Of a stretch of 49,742 nt of DNA, positions 1 to 8,625 are shown in pieces. The stretch lies in the NCBI GenBank assembly GCA_040878225.1, contig JBBDMR010000157.1, positions 1 to 49,742 on the forward strand, written 5' to 3'. Position 1 is the stretch's first letter; the number at the start of each line of letters is the position of its first letter. Source of the DNA: Acidimicrobiia bacterium. GTDB taxonomy: Bacteria > Actinomycetota > Acidimicrobiia > Spongiisociales > ZC4RG35. The position numbers and the translations under genes were made by a program. The notes below the pieces were generated by a model. The model was not told the origin of the DNA. It saw nothing but the letters and a program-made list of their open reading frames with translations, and did not search any database.

Positions 1-921
1 CAGGTCGAGCCCGGTGACCATCTCGGTGACCGGATGCTCCACCTGGAGCCGGGTATTCATTTCGAGGAAGAAGAACTGGTCATTGTTGAACAGAAACTCC
101 ACGGTGCCCGCGCCTACGTAGCCGACAGCATTTGCTGCAGCGACGGCGGCCTCGCCCATGCGCTCCCTGGTCTCCTTATCGATTGCCGGACTCGGGCTCT
201 CCTCGATGATCTTCTGGTGGCGTCTCTGGATCGAGCACTCCCGCTCATGTAGAGAGACCACGTTGCCGTGTTGGTCCCCGAACACCTGGATCTCGATGTG
301 CCTCGGCCCGGTCAGATACTTCTCGAGGAAGACCGTCGCATCGCCGAAGGAGCTTGCGGCTTCGCGCCGGGCTCCTGCCACCGCCTCGACGAGACCGTCG
401 GCGGAATCGACGATCCGCATCCCTTTGCCGCCACCACCGGCGCTGGCTTTGATCAACACCGGGTAGCCCACTTCCTCTGCAGCAGTGAGGGCTTCTTCGT
501 CGGACAGATCGCTGAGCTCGGTGCCGGGTAGACACGGAACACCGGCGGATGCCATGAGCTTCTTCGCTTCGACTTTCGAGCCCATGGCGGCAATCGCCTC
601 AGGGGAGGGGCCGATCCAGGTCAAACCCGCTTCGATCACCGCCCTGGCGAAGTCCGGATTCTCGGAGAGAAACCCGTACCCCGGGTGTATGGCGTCTGCC
701 CCCGAAGAAATCGCTGCCTCCACAATCGCCTTCTGGTCGAGATAGGTCTCGGCAGGAGTCCGGCCTGGCAGCCGGACCGCAGTTTCGGCTTCCCGGACGT
801 GCGGTGCCCCGGCTTCGCTATCCGAGTAGACAGCAACAGTCTCTATCCTTAGCCGGGCACAGGTTCGGAAGATCCTACGCGCGATTTCTCCGCGATTTGC
901 CACAAGGACTTTGCGAATCAT
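1..921 (-). CDS. Acyl-CoA carboxylase alpha subunit, biotin carboxylase domain (N-terminal part; gene runs off the left edge)
   Basis: The reverse-strand ATG at 919-921 gives MIRKVLVANRGEIARRIFRT, a canonical biotin carboxylase N-terminus. The ATP-grasp motif YPVLIKASAGGGGKGMRIV is read from the reverse complement near 420-470. The frame stays open to position 1, so it is absent from the ORF track. Confidence 0.9.
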   Translation of the reverse strand, partial: MIRKVLVANRGEIARRIFRTCARLRIETVAVYSDSEAGAPHVREAETAVRLPGRTPAETYLDQKAIVEAAISSGADAIHPGYGFLSENPDFARAVIEAGLTWIGPSPEAIAAMGSKVEAKKLMASAGVPCLPGTELSDLSDEEALTAAEEVGYPVLIKASAGGGGKGMRIVDSADGLVEAVAGARREAASSFGDATVFLEKYLTGPRHIEIQVFGDQHGNVVSLHERECSIQRRHQKIIEESPSPAIDKETRERMGEAAVAAANAVGYVGAGTVEFLFNNDQFFFLEMNTRLQVEHPVTEMVTGLDL

Positions 922-1004
922 GTTTGTGGAGGCTAACCGCAGGGAACTTTCTGTCGATAGCCGGAGTCTTATACCTAGTACACGAGGGAGAATCAGTTGT
1001 GACA

Positions 1005-1727
1005 ATGATGAAAACAAGGCCTGAGGAGCGTCAAGACGCTCCCGCACCGGCCGTCAACCCCCAGCCGCCGCAACCAGCGCAGAGACGCTCGGGATCCGGC
1101 CTGCTCATCGGTTTGTCAGGATTCTTCCTGGCCGTCCTCCTCGTTGTCGTCGGCTTTGTCGCGTGGTCCGCGCGCGGGATCGTCGACGCTATCCCCACTC
1201 CTGCGGACATCGCCGCGGTGTTCGAACCGGAGCCATTCACCGATATCGGCCCGGTAGTGGTGAGTTCGGTCCAGGACCTGGGAAGCCTGACCACCGTTGA
1301 GGTCGTGGAGTACACCATCGTCGAAAAGGGCACCGACGCCGGATGGCTCTCCTGGGCTCGGGGTGACAGCCTGCGGATGATCGCCGTGGCCAGGATCGGG
1401 GCCGGGGTTGATATCAGTGGCCTGACACCGGGTGATTTCTCCGTGTCGGAGGATGGCGTGGTCGAAGTGAACCTCCCTGCTGCCGCAATCCAGTATGTGG
1501 CTGTGGACAATGACGCAACCGAAGTCCTGGACCGCGACATGGGCCTCTTCACCAAGGGCGACCCTCAGCTCGAAGGTGAGGCGCGTCGGGTGGCTGAGAC
1601 CGTTCTGGTCGATGCGGCAATCGAAGATGGCGTCCTCGTTCAGGCCGAGGAGAACGCGACAACCGTGCTTACCAACTTCCTGGTCAGCCTGGGATACACC
1701 GACGTCGTGGTGAACTTCGGGAACTGA
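1005..1727 (+). CDS. Membrane-anchored DUF4230-like protein
   Basis: Part of ORF 804..1727. ATG 1005 lies behind GGGAG (986-990); GTG 999 is an alternative start. One N-terminal TM helix (LLIGLSGFFLAVLLVVVGFVAW) precedes a body resembling DUF4230 (VARIGAGVDISGL, VEVNLPAAAI). Confidence 0.65.
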   Translation: MMKTRPEERQDAPAPAVNPQPPQPAQRRSGSGLLIGLSGFFLAVLLVVVGFVAWSARGIVDAIPTPADIAAVFEPEPFTDIGPVVVSSVQDLGSLTTVEVVEYTIVEKGTDAGWLSWARGDSLRMIAVARIGAGVDISGLTPGDFSVSEDGVVEVNLPAAAIQYVAVDNDATEVLDRDMGLFTKGDPQLEGEARRVAETVLVDAAIEDGVLVQAEENATTVLTNFLVSLGYTDVVVNFGN

Positions 1728-1737
1728 TCGAGCCCGA

Positions 1738-3336
1738 CTACATCCTGAAAACGCCGAAACGATCGGTACCCTTCACCGGGCCAGAGTGAATCGCCGATAA
1801 CGCGATCCCGACCACGTGTCTGGTGTCTCTGGGATCGATGAGCCCGTCGTCACGGACCAGCGAGGTCGAGAAATAGGACTGTTCCTCGTGTTCGATCTGT
1901 GCCTCGATCTCGGCGCGCCTCTTGGCGTCGGCTGCTTCGTCGAATGCAACCCCTCGCGCCTCTGCTGCTGTCTTCGCGATTATCGACATGACCCCGGCCA
2001 GTTGTTTGGGCCCCATCACCGCAACCTTGTGGTTGGGGTATCCGAACACGAAGCGAGGCTCGAAAGACCGCCCCGACATTCCGTAGTTGCCCGCTCCGTA
2101 GGAGACACCGGCCATCAGGGTGATGTGGGGGACCTCGGAGTTGGACACCGCATTGACCATCTTCGCCCCGTCCTTGATGATGCCCCTCTGCTCGTACTCC
2201 TTGCCCACCATGTAGCCGGTGGTGTTGTGGCTGAACAGGATCGGAGTGTCATGGCGGTTGCACAACTGGATGAACTCGGTTGCTTTGTGGGCCTCCTCAC
2301 TGAAGATGACGCCCTGCTGGTTGGCAATGACTCCGATCGGGTATCCGTGGATCGATGCCCATCCTGTGAGGATCGAAGACCCGTAGAGGCTCTTGTACTC
2401 CTCGAAGCGGGAACCGTCGACCACCCGGGCCAGAATCTCACGCTGGTCGAAGGGCACGCGCAGGTCCCGGGGGATCACACCGAGGATGTCGTCGGGATCG
2501 TGAACCGGGTCGTCGGCTGGTTTTGTCGGGCCATAACCCTGTTTGCGCCAGTTGAAGTGGCTGACGATGTCCCGGCCCATCCGTATCGCCTCGTGCTCGT
2601 CGTTGGCAAAGTAGTCCGAGAGCCCCGAGGTGCGGGAGTGCATCTCCGCCCCGCCCAACTCCTCGTCGGTCGATTCCTCCCCGGTGGCCATCTTGACCAG
2701 AGGAGGCCCGCCGAGGAAAACCTTCGCCTGGTCCTTCACCATCACCGAGTAGTCGCACATTGCCGGGAAATAGGCGCCTCCCGCGGTCGACGACCCGAAG
2801 ACGATGGCCACCGTCGGGATGCCGAGTTTGGAGAGCCGGGTCAGGTTGCGGAACCACTTGCCTCCGGTGATGAAAACGGCTGCCTGGTCGGGAAGGTCGG
2901 CACCGCCCGACTCGATCAGGTTGATCAGAGGCAGCCGGTTCTCCATGGCGATGTCCATCGCCCTCAGGCTCTTCGCCAGCGTATAGCGGTTGAACGACCC
3001 GGCCTGGCTGGTGGGGTCGTTGGCGAGGATCACGCATTCGACGCCCTCGATCACTCCGATCCCGGTTACGAGGTTTGCCCCGAGGTTCTTGTCGGTGCCC
3101 CAGGCGGCCAGCGTCGACAGCTCCAGGAAGGGTGTGTCCCGGTCGAGGAGGAGATCGATCCGCTCCCGGGCGAGAAGCTTTCCCCGGTCGCGGTGGCGCT
3201 TGATGTATTTCTCACCGCCACCTTCCTGCGCTTCGCGGGTCAGATCCTCGAAAACGGCAAGGACCTGCTCCATTTCGGCGCGGTTGGCGACGAAGTCTTC
3301 CGACCCGCGGTCGATGTTGGTACCCAGTACTGGCAT
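1738..3336 (-). CDS. Acyl-CoA carboxylase beta subunit (carboxyltransferase), methylcrotonyl-CoA carboxylase / AccD1-like
   Basis: 532-aa ORF. The N-terminus (NRAEMEQVLAVFEDL...GGGEKYIKRHRDRGKLLARERIDLLLDRDTPFLELS) and the body are typical of MCCase-type carboxyltransferases. Confidence 0.9.
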   Translation of the reverse strand: MPVLGTNIDRGSEDFVANRAEMEQVLAVFEDLTREAQEGGGEKYIKRHRDRGKLLARERIDLLLDRDTPFLELSTLAAWGTDKNLGANLVTGIGVIEGVECVILANDPTSQAGSFNRYTLAKSLRAMDIAMENRLPLINLIESGGADLPDQAAVFITGGKWFRNLTRLSKLGIPTVAIVFGSSTAGGAYFPAMCDYSVMVKDQAKVFLGGPPLVKMATGEESTDEELGGAEMHSRTSGLSDYFANDEHEAIRMGRDIVSHFNWRKQGYGPTKPADDPVHDPDDILGVIPRDLRVPFDQREILARVVDGSRFEEYKSLYGSSILTGWASIHGYPIGVIANQQGVIFSEEAHKATEFIQLCNRHDTPILFSHNTTGYMVGKEYEQRGIIKDGAKMVNAVSNSEVPHITLMAGVSYGAGNYGMSGRSFEPRFVFGYPNHKVAVMGPKQLAGVMSIIAKTAAEARGVAFDEAADAKRRAEIEAQIEHEEQSYFSTSLVRDDGLIDPRDTRHVVGIALSAIHSGPVKGTDRFGVFRM

Positions 3337-3374
3337 TACCCGACGAGGCTACTCGTAGTGATGCCCTGGCAGGT

Positions 3375-3677
3375 CTAGTGGTGGACGGCGTCTTCGGAGT
3401 AGGGCTCGATCATGATGCACTCGCCGGGGCACTCCTCGGCCGACTCGATTGTGTCCTCGATCAGCTCGTCGGGGACCCGGGCAAGACCGCGCGCCCCGTC
3501 CGGGGCCTGCTCGCCGTCGAAAACAACTGTGCTGTCGAAGTATTTCGACTCTTCTTTGACGACCCAGAGGCCGTCGTCACGCCCGACGAACACGTCAGGG
3601 GTTATCTCTTCACAAATCCCGTCACCGGTGCAGAGGTCCTGGTCGATCCAGACCATCAGCTTCGTCTCTTTGGCCAT
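3375..3677 (-). CDS. Single-cluster ferredoxin (3Fe-4S/4Fe-4S type)
   Basis: Internal ATG at 3677 (MAKETKLMVWIDQDLCTGDGICEEITPDVF...ECPGECI). The CxxxxxC...CP cluster motif is present. The upstream part of ORF 3375..3908 overlaps the divergent MaoC gene and looks non-coding. Confidence 0.8.
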   Translation of the reverse strand: MAKETKLMVWIDQDLCTGDGICEEITPDVFVGRDDGLWVVKEESKYFDSTVVFDGEQAPDGARGLARVPDELIEDTIESAEECPGECIMIEPYSEDAVHH

Positions 3678-3731
3678 ACCCACAAACTTAGCCTGACTGG
3701 CAGGTTTCGCTAGTCGTGGCACAATCCGTTT

Positions 3732-4178
3732 ATGGAAATAGCGCGGAATCTCGCAGAACAGGTCGGCCAACATCTCGGTGTTTCGGAGTGGATGCTCGTT
3801 GACCAGGAACGGGTCAACCAGTTTGCTGATGCGACCGACGATCACCAGTGGATCCACCTCGACGCCGAAAGGGCGGCACAGGGTCCGTTCGGGGGGACAA
3901 TCGCCCACGGCTTCCTCACACTCTCCCTCACTGTGACGCTGGCCGGGCAGGTCCCGCTCGATGTTGGAGAGCCCAAGATGTTGATCAACTACGGGCTGGA
4001 AAAGGTGAGATTCCCGGCCCCGGTGCCGGTGGGCTCCAGGATCCGGGCCAGTGTCGAGCTGGGAAATGTCACCGAGGTCAGCGGCGGAATCCAGGTGAAC
4101 CGGATCGTGACGATTGAAGTCGAGGGCCAGGAGAAGCCCGCGATGGTGGCCGAAACCGTCTCCCGGTGTTATTACTGA
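3732..4178 (+). CDS. MaoC-like (R)-specific enoyl-CoA hydratase/dehydratase, single hot-dog
   Basis: 148 aa. NQFADATDDHQWIHLDAERAAQGPFGGTIAHGFLTLSL is a typical MaoC dehydratase signature. Confidence 0.85.
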   Translation: MEIARNLAEQVGQHLGVSEWMLVDQERVNQFADATDDHQWIHLDAERAAQGPFGGTIAHGFLTLSLTVTLAGQVPLDVGEPKMLINYGLEKVRFPAPVPVGSRIRASVELGNVTEVSGGIQVNRIVTIEVEGQEKPAMVAETVSRCYY

Positions 4179-4211
4179 TCCAATCCTGAGGAGGACCGGG
4201 TCCGGGCCGAC

Positions 4212-4910
4212 TCAGGTGAGACTCCGCCCTCCACCGACCACCAGGACGTGCCCTGTGATGTAGGAGGACTGGGGGGAGAGGAGGTACCAGACTGCGTTGG
4301 CGATCTCCTGTGGCTCACCCATCCTGCCCAGGGGGATCGCGGCAATCATCTTCTCCCGGATCTCGTCGGGAATCGCCAGGGACATCTCACTTGCAATCAG
4401 CCCGGGTGCAATTGCGTTCACTCTCACATCCGGTGCCAGGTCGATGGCGAGGGCGCGGGTCATCCCGACCAGGCCTCCTTTGGACATCGAGTAGTTGTAC
4501 TGCCCGAAGTTGCCGAGATAGGCACGGGAGGCGATGTTGACGATCGCCCCTCCCGGGGCCATCAGCGGCGCGAGAGATCCGGCGAGGCGGAATGCGGCGC
4601 CGAGGTTCACGTCGAGGACGGAGGCGAAATCGGTATCGGTCATGTTGATCAGTCGGGCATCCCTGGTTATCCCGGCGTTGTTCACCACCCCGACCAGTGG
4701 CAACCCGGTCTGTTCAACGGCGACCTGCACTATCGAAGGGCCATCCTCGGAAGTGAGGTCGACCTGAACCGGCACGATGCCTTCGGAGAGGGCAAGTTCG
4801 GGGGCGATGTCCACGCCGATCACGGTGAACGGGCCGGCATCCCCGATCGTCTCGGCAATCACCCTGCCGATCCCGCGGGCGGCCCCGGTGACGACAACCG
4901 CCCCGTTCAC
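4212..4910 (-). CDS. SDR family oxidoreductase (FabG / 3-hydroxyacyl-CoA dehydrogenase-like)
   Basis: The GTG start at 4910 overlaps the upstream stop (GTGA). Motifs present: TGAARGIGR Rossmann motif, NNAG, and the catalytic S...YNYSMSK (YxxxK). Confidence 0.85.
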   Translation of the reverse strand: MNGAVVVTGAARGIGRVIAETIGDAGPFTVIGVDIAPELALSEGIVPVQVDLTSEDGPSIVQVAVEQTGLPLVGVVNNAGITRDARLINMTDTDFASVLDVNLGAAFRLAGSLAPLMAPGGAIVNIASRAYLGNFGQYNYSMSKGGLVGMTRALAIDLAPDVRVNAIAPGLIASEMSLAIPDEIREKMIAAIPLGRMGEPQEIANAVWYLLSPQSSYITGHVLVVGGGRSLT

Positions 4911-5362
4911 GCCAGGGCCTTTCCGATGTGGCCGGGGCCAATGTGGACCAGTTCCCCGGTGACCATTCCGTCGGCGACGAGCGCCGCCGCCCTCTCGATT
5001 GTCCCGGCCGGGTCGTGGTCGTCGTCGTAGGCGACCACGTTGGCGGTCCACCCCTTCTTCCACCCCTCGATTGCAGCGGTTCGCGCGGCCGACACCAGCC
5101 CGGCGGCGACCATCGCATCTGCCGGACCATTCCTCCCGAGAAGGGCGTCGTTGGTGACGATGTAGACAAAGGAGTGGCCGCTCCGGGCGGCTTCCCGGGA
5201 TCGCTCGAAAGCAGCGGTCAATTCTGCTTTGGCGTCATCCCAGGTTGCGGCCCCGGATTTGGCCCAGAAGATGAGCCCCCGTTCCAGAATCAGGTCTTCG
5301 GCTTCGATACCTTCGGGGGGTCGCACCTCACCGCTCAACTGCAACCGCCTTCCCTTCGTCAA
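4907..5362 (-). CDS. Truncated, catalytically degenerate SDR-like protein
   Basis: It aligns by eye to the C-terminal two-thirds of an SDR (FVYIVTNDALLG...AMVAAGLVSAARTAAIEG...ANVVAY...VTGELVHIGPG). It lacks the GxxxGxG Rossmann start and the YxxxK residues. The start is uncertain: TTG 5362, TTG 5338 behind AAGGGAAGG, or GTG 5326 just after the upstream stop. Confidence 0.55.
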   Translation of the reverse strand: MTKGRRLQLSGEVRPPEGIEAEDLILERGLIFWAKSGAATWDDAKAELTAAFERSREAARSGHSFVYIVTNDALLGRNGPADAMVAAGLVSAARTAAIEGWKKGWTANVVAYDDDHDPAGTIERAAALVADGMVTGELVHIGPGHIGKALA

Positions 5363-6515
5363 TCAGCTTCTCGACTGTGTCGGTGTCGACCCCCGCCTCG
5401 ATGAGGATCTGGCGGGTGTGGCTCCCCAGTTCGGGCGGAATACCTTCGCTTCTTCCGGGTCTGCCGTCGATGCGAATCGGGCTACCCGTCGACCGGACCA
5501 GCCCGGCGACCGGATGCTCGAATTCCACTGCCATCTCGTGATACCGGGCCTGGGGGTCGTCGAAGGCCTCGGCCAGGGTGAGCACCGGACCCGCAGGCAG
5601 GCCAGCCAATTCGAAGAGCTCGATCCAGTGCGAGGCCGGCTCCTCGTCGAAGACACTTTGCAGCCTCGTCACGAGGTCATCGAGATTTTTCATGCGATCT
5701 TGGTTGGTTGGATAGTCGGCGAGAAGGTCTGGCATCTCCAGAGCGTCACACAACAGTTCAAAATGACGGTCGGACACCACGGCCAGGGTGAACTGGCGGT
5801 CTTTCGACCCGAACACCTGGTTCGGGGCGAGGAACGGGCTCGCGGTACCGGTCCGCTCCGGCTGGCTGCCGTCGGCGAAATGGATCGCGTTCCATCCCGA
5901 TTGCACCGCCATCGCCCCGTCACGCAGCGAGATGTCGATCTGGCGGCCCCGGCGTGGCGACTCGGCGAGTGCCGCCGAAACCGCGAAGGCCGCGTTGGTC
6001 CCTGCGACGTAGTCACCAATTGTGGTCGCGGTCTTGCGGGCCCCGTCACCTGGAGCCCCGGTGATCGAGATCATCCCGGACTCTCCCTGGAAGACGATGT
6101 CTATCCCCGGTCGGGAGGCGTAAGGGCCTGCTGAGCCGAAGGCCGAGATGGTCGTGTAGACAAGCGTGGGGTTGATCTCGAGGCAGCGTTCGGCGCCGAG
6201 CCCGAGCCGGTCCATCGCGCCGTAGCGCAGATTGTGGATCAACGCGTCAGCCTTCTTGACCAGATTGTCGAGAACCCGCTTCGCCACCCAGTCCCGGGTG
6301 TCGATGGCGAGCGACTCTTTGCCCCGGTTGACCGCGAGGAAGAACACCGACTCCCCGTTCTGAAAAGGCCCGAATTGCCGCCCCAGGTCGCCGGTCGGAG
6401 GTTCGACCTTGATCACACGGGAGCCGAGGTCGGCGAGAAGCATCCCCGCGTAGGGGGCGGCGATGAGATTGCCCAGTTCGACAACCGTGAAGCCCCGCAG
6501 CGGGCCTTCAGACAC
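5328..6515 (-). CDS. Family III CoA-transferase (CaiB/BaiF; possibly alpha-methylacyl-CoA racemase-like)
   Basis: 395 aa with a GTG start. The N-terminus LRGFTVVELGNLIAAPYAGMLLADLGSRVIKVEPP is characteristic of this family. The start overlaps the thiolase stop by 8 bp. Confidence 0.9.
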   Translation of the reverse strand: MSEGPLRGFTVVELGNLIAAPYAGMLLADLGSRVIKVEPPTGDLGRQFGPFQNGESVFFLAVNRGKESLAIDTRDWVAKRVLDNLVKKADALIHNLRYGAMDRLGLGAERCLEINPTLVYTTISAFGSAGPYASRPGIDIVFQGESGMISITGAPGDGARKTATTIGDYVAGTNAAFAVSAALAESPRRGRQIDISLRDGAMAVQSGWNAIHFADGSQPERTGTASPFLAPNQVFGSKDRQFTLAVVSDRHFELLCDALEMPDLLADYPTNQDRMKNLDDLVTRLQSVFDEEPASHWIELFELAGLPAGPVLTLAEAFDDPQARYHEMAVEFEHPVAGLVRSTGSPIRIDGRPGRSEGIPPELGSHTRQILIEAGVDTDTVEKLIDEGKAVAVER

Positions 6516-7716
6516 GCTCGATCACCAGGGCGATCCCCTGACCGACGCCGATGCACATCGTGGCCAGCCCGAATCGTCCGCCGCGGCGCCGCAGTTCATG
6601 GGCCAGGGTCACCACAATCCGCGCTCCAGAGGCGCCGAGTGGATGGCCGATGGCGATGGCTCCGCCGTTCACGTTCACTATCGCCGGGTCGAGGTCGAGG
6701 AGGCGCATGCTGGCCACCACCTGGGCGGCAAAAGCCTCGTTCAGCTCCACCAGGTCGAGGTCGGATGCGGCCAACCCGGCCCTCTCCAGTGCCTTGGTGG
6801 AGGCCGGCACCGGGCCAATCCCCATCACATCAGGGTGGACGCCTGCCGCTGCCGAGCTCACTATGCGCGCCATCGGGGTCAAATCGTGTTTTTCCAACCC
6901 TTCCCCCGTGGCAAGGAGGAGAGCGGCCGCCCCATCGTTCATGGGGGAGGAGTTTCCTGCGGTCACGGTGCCGTCCGGTTTGAATACCGGCTGCAGCGAC
7001 GCCAATGTCTCGAGAGAAGTGTCGGGACGCGGTCCTTCGTCGCTTTCGACCATCGCGAGGCTGCGGCCGGCGGGATCAGAAGGAGCCGCGATCGGATCGA
7101 TCTCGTCTTTGAATCTCCCTCCCTCCACGGCGGCGACGGCCTTCTGATGGCTTTCCAGGGCAAACTTGTCCTGGTCCTCGCGGGAAACCTCATACGTTTC
7201 GGCAACCCGCTCGGCTGTCATCCCCAGTGTGATCGGCGGGTACATTTCCTCCATCAGCGGGTTGATCAGCCTCCATCCGAGGACGGTGTCGGCGATCTCG
7301 GGCGCGCCCGACGGGAATGGGCGGTTTGCCTTCGCCAGCACGTACGGAGCACGGCTCATGGACTCCGAGCCCCCGGCAATCATCACCTCGCCCCATCCCG
7401 CGCCGAGTGAGTGTGACGCCGAGACGATTGCCTGCATTCCGGATCCGCAGAGCCGGTTCACCGTGTTGCCGGGGGTCTCGATGGGGAGGCCGGCGAGCAG
7501 GGCAGCCATGCGGGCGACATTCCGGTTGTCCTCACCCGCCTGATTGGCCGCGCCCCACTGGACGTCTTCGATGGCGGAAGGGGCGACGCCGCCGTTGCGC
7601 TCCATCAGCTTGGAGATCGCATGAGCGGCGAGGTCGTCGGGCCGGACGTGGGCGAGCTGGCCACCTCTCTTGCCCATAGGGGTGCGGCACCCGTCGACTA
7701 TGTATACGTCTGTCAT
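6508..7716 (-). CDS. Acetyl-CoA C-acyltransferase (thiolase)
   Basis: 402 aa. Motifs: MTDVYIVDGCRTPMGKRGG, the NRLCGSGMQA active-site Cys, and C-terminal NVNGGAIAIGHPLGASG...CIGVGQG. The RBS GAGGAAG lies upstream of ATG 7716. Confidence 0.93.
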   Translation of the reverse strand: MTDVYIVDGCRTPMGKRGGQLAHVRPDDLAAHAISKLMERNGGVAPSAIEDVQWGAANQAGEDNRNVARMAALLAGLPIETPGNTVNRLCGSGMQAIVSASHSLGAGWGEVMIAGGSESMSRAPYVLAKANRPFPSGAPEIADTVLGWRLINPLMEEMYPPITLGMTAERVAETYEVSREDQDKFALESHQKAVAAVEGGRFKDEIDPIAAPSDPAGRSLAMVESDEGPRPDTSLETLASLQPVFKPDGTVTAGNSSPMNDGAAALLLATGEGLEKHDLTPMARIVSSAAAGVHPDVMGIGPVPASTKALERAGLAASDLDLVELNEAFAAQVVASMRLLDLDPAIVNVNGGAIAIGHPLGASGARIVVTLAHELRRRGGRFGLATMCIGVGQGIALVIERV

Positions 7717-7742
7717 CGCTCGCTTCCTCGTGCTTCTCGCAG

Positions 7743-7761
7743 ATAGGGCCTATAGCCCTAT
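7743..7761. promoter_or_regulatory. Inverted repeat ATAGGGC-N5-GCCCTAT, candidate operator upstream of the thiolase operon
   Basis: Perfect 7-bp arms, 27-45 nt upstream of the thiolase ATG, in the 206-bp divergent intergenic region. A second inverted repeat, GGCAAC-N6-GTTGCC, sits at about 7812-7829. Confidence 0.25.
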
Positions 7762-7922
7762 TACACCTCATCCTGTTTCGCAGTATGTTCGCATGGTTGG
7801 GATGGGGGTTAGGCAACGGCCCGGTTGCCGGGTGAAAGGTGGGGGACTCGTCCGGCGGCCGCGGCCAATGCCACCGATCTCGGATCTTTCTCCTTTCTGC
7901 AGCCTCCACTACCGTCCGGGTC

Positions 7923-8492
7923 ATGAAACGGCCCGATCAACTTCACTTCACAGAGTCAGAGGAAGCCAACCGCCTCCTCGCCAACGACGATCTCGCGGTG
8001 CTCATCGGCATGCTCCTCGACCAGCAGTTCCCCATGGAACGGGCCTTCTTCGGTCCACAGCTACTCAAAGACCGCCTCGGGGAAGACCTCGATGCGGGGA
8101 GAATCGCAGAAGCTGATCTCTCCCGCCTCGAGGAGTTGTTCAAAGGCCCGCCTGCGATTCACCGGTACCCGGCGTCGATGGCGAAACGCACCCAGGATCT
8201 CTGCCAGTTGATCGTGGATGAATACGAAGGAGATCCGGCTCGGATCTGGTTGACAGCAGAAAGCGGCAAAGACCTGTTGAAGCGGCTCAGGGCCCTTCCC
8301 GGCTTCGGCGAGGGCAAATCACGCATCTTCGTCGGCCTTCTCGGAAAGCGCCTCGGAATCCGGCCCGAAGGCTGGGAGGAAGCGGCAGCCGACTGGCCGA
8401 GCATCGCCGATGTGGCCACATTCGACGATGTCTTCGAGTTGAGAGAGCAGAAGCGGCTGATGAAACAGAAGAAGAAGGACTCTTCCTCTTAG
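7923..8492 (+). CDS. HhH-GPD-type base-excision-repair family protein
   Basis: ATG 7923 lies within ORF 7839..8492. LIGMLLDQQFPMERAFFGP...LRALPGFGEGKSRIFVGLL matches the short actinobacterial HhH-GPD family. Confidence 0.7.
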   Translation: MKRPDQLHFTESEEANRLLANDDLAVLIGMLLDQQFPMERAFFGPQLLKDRLGEDLDAGRIAEADLSRLEELFKGPPAIHRYPASMAKRTQDLCQLIVDEYEGDPARIWLTAESGKDLLKRLRALPGFGEGKSRIFVGLLGKRLGIRPEGWEEAAADWPSIADVATFDDVFELREQKRLMKQKKKDSSS

Positions 8493-8625
8493 TCGGCATC
8501 CCCGGGCGCACCCGCCGATTCGTACGACGCCGCTACAAACTTTCTAGGTATACCGGCCCATTTATTGCTAAACCGGAGGGCGCGGTTGTCCGATACCCAA
8601 GTCATGGCGGAAGGAACTGACGACC

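Noticed and set aside
1816-3378. A 520-aa ORF antisense to the carboxyltransferase. Similar long antisense ORFs occur at 42442-44157, 47792-48775, 10802-11542, 23963-24835, 35011-35796, 35816-36694 and 28614-29822.
   Set aside because: Their products are Arg/Gly/Pro-rich and low in complexity, and each lies opposite a gene with unmistakable conserved motifs. Long spurious ORFs of this kind are expected in high-GC DNA.
3678-3908. N-terminal extensions of several track ORFs: 3375-3908, 33791-34357, 34164-35360, 40107-41051, 44710-45159, 15740-16480, 16429-16941, 46470-47555 and 4212-5063.
   Set aside because: The extensions overlap neighbouring genes and lack family motifs. Internal starts give canonical N-termini with an RBS or a stop-start overlap, so I used the shorter coordinates.
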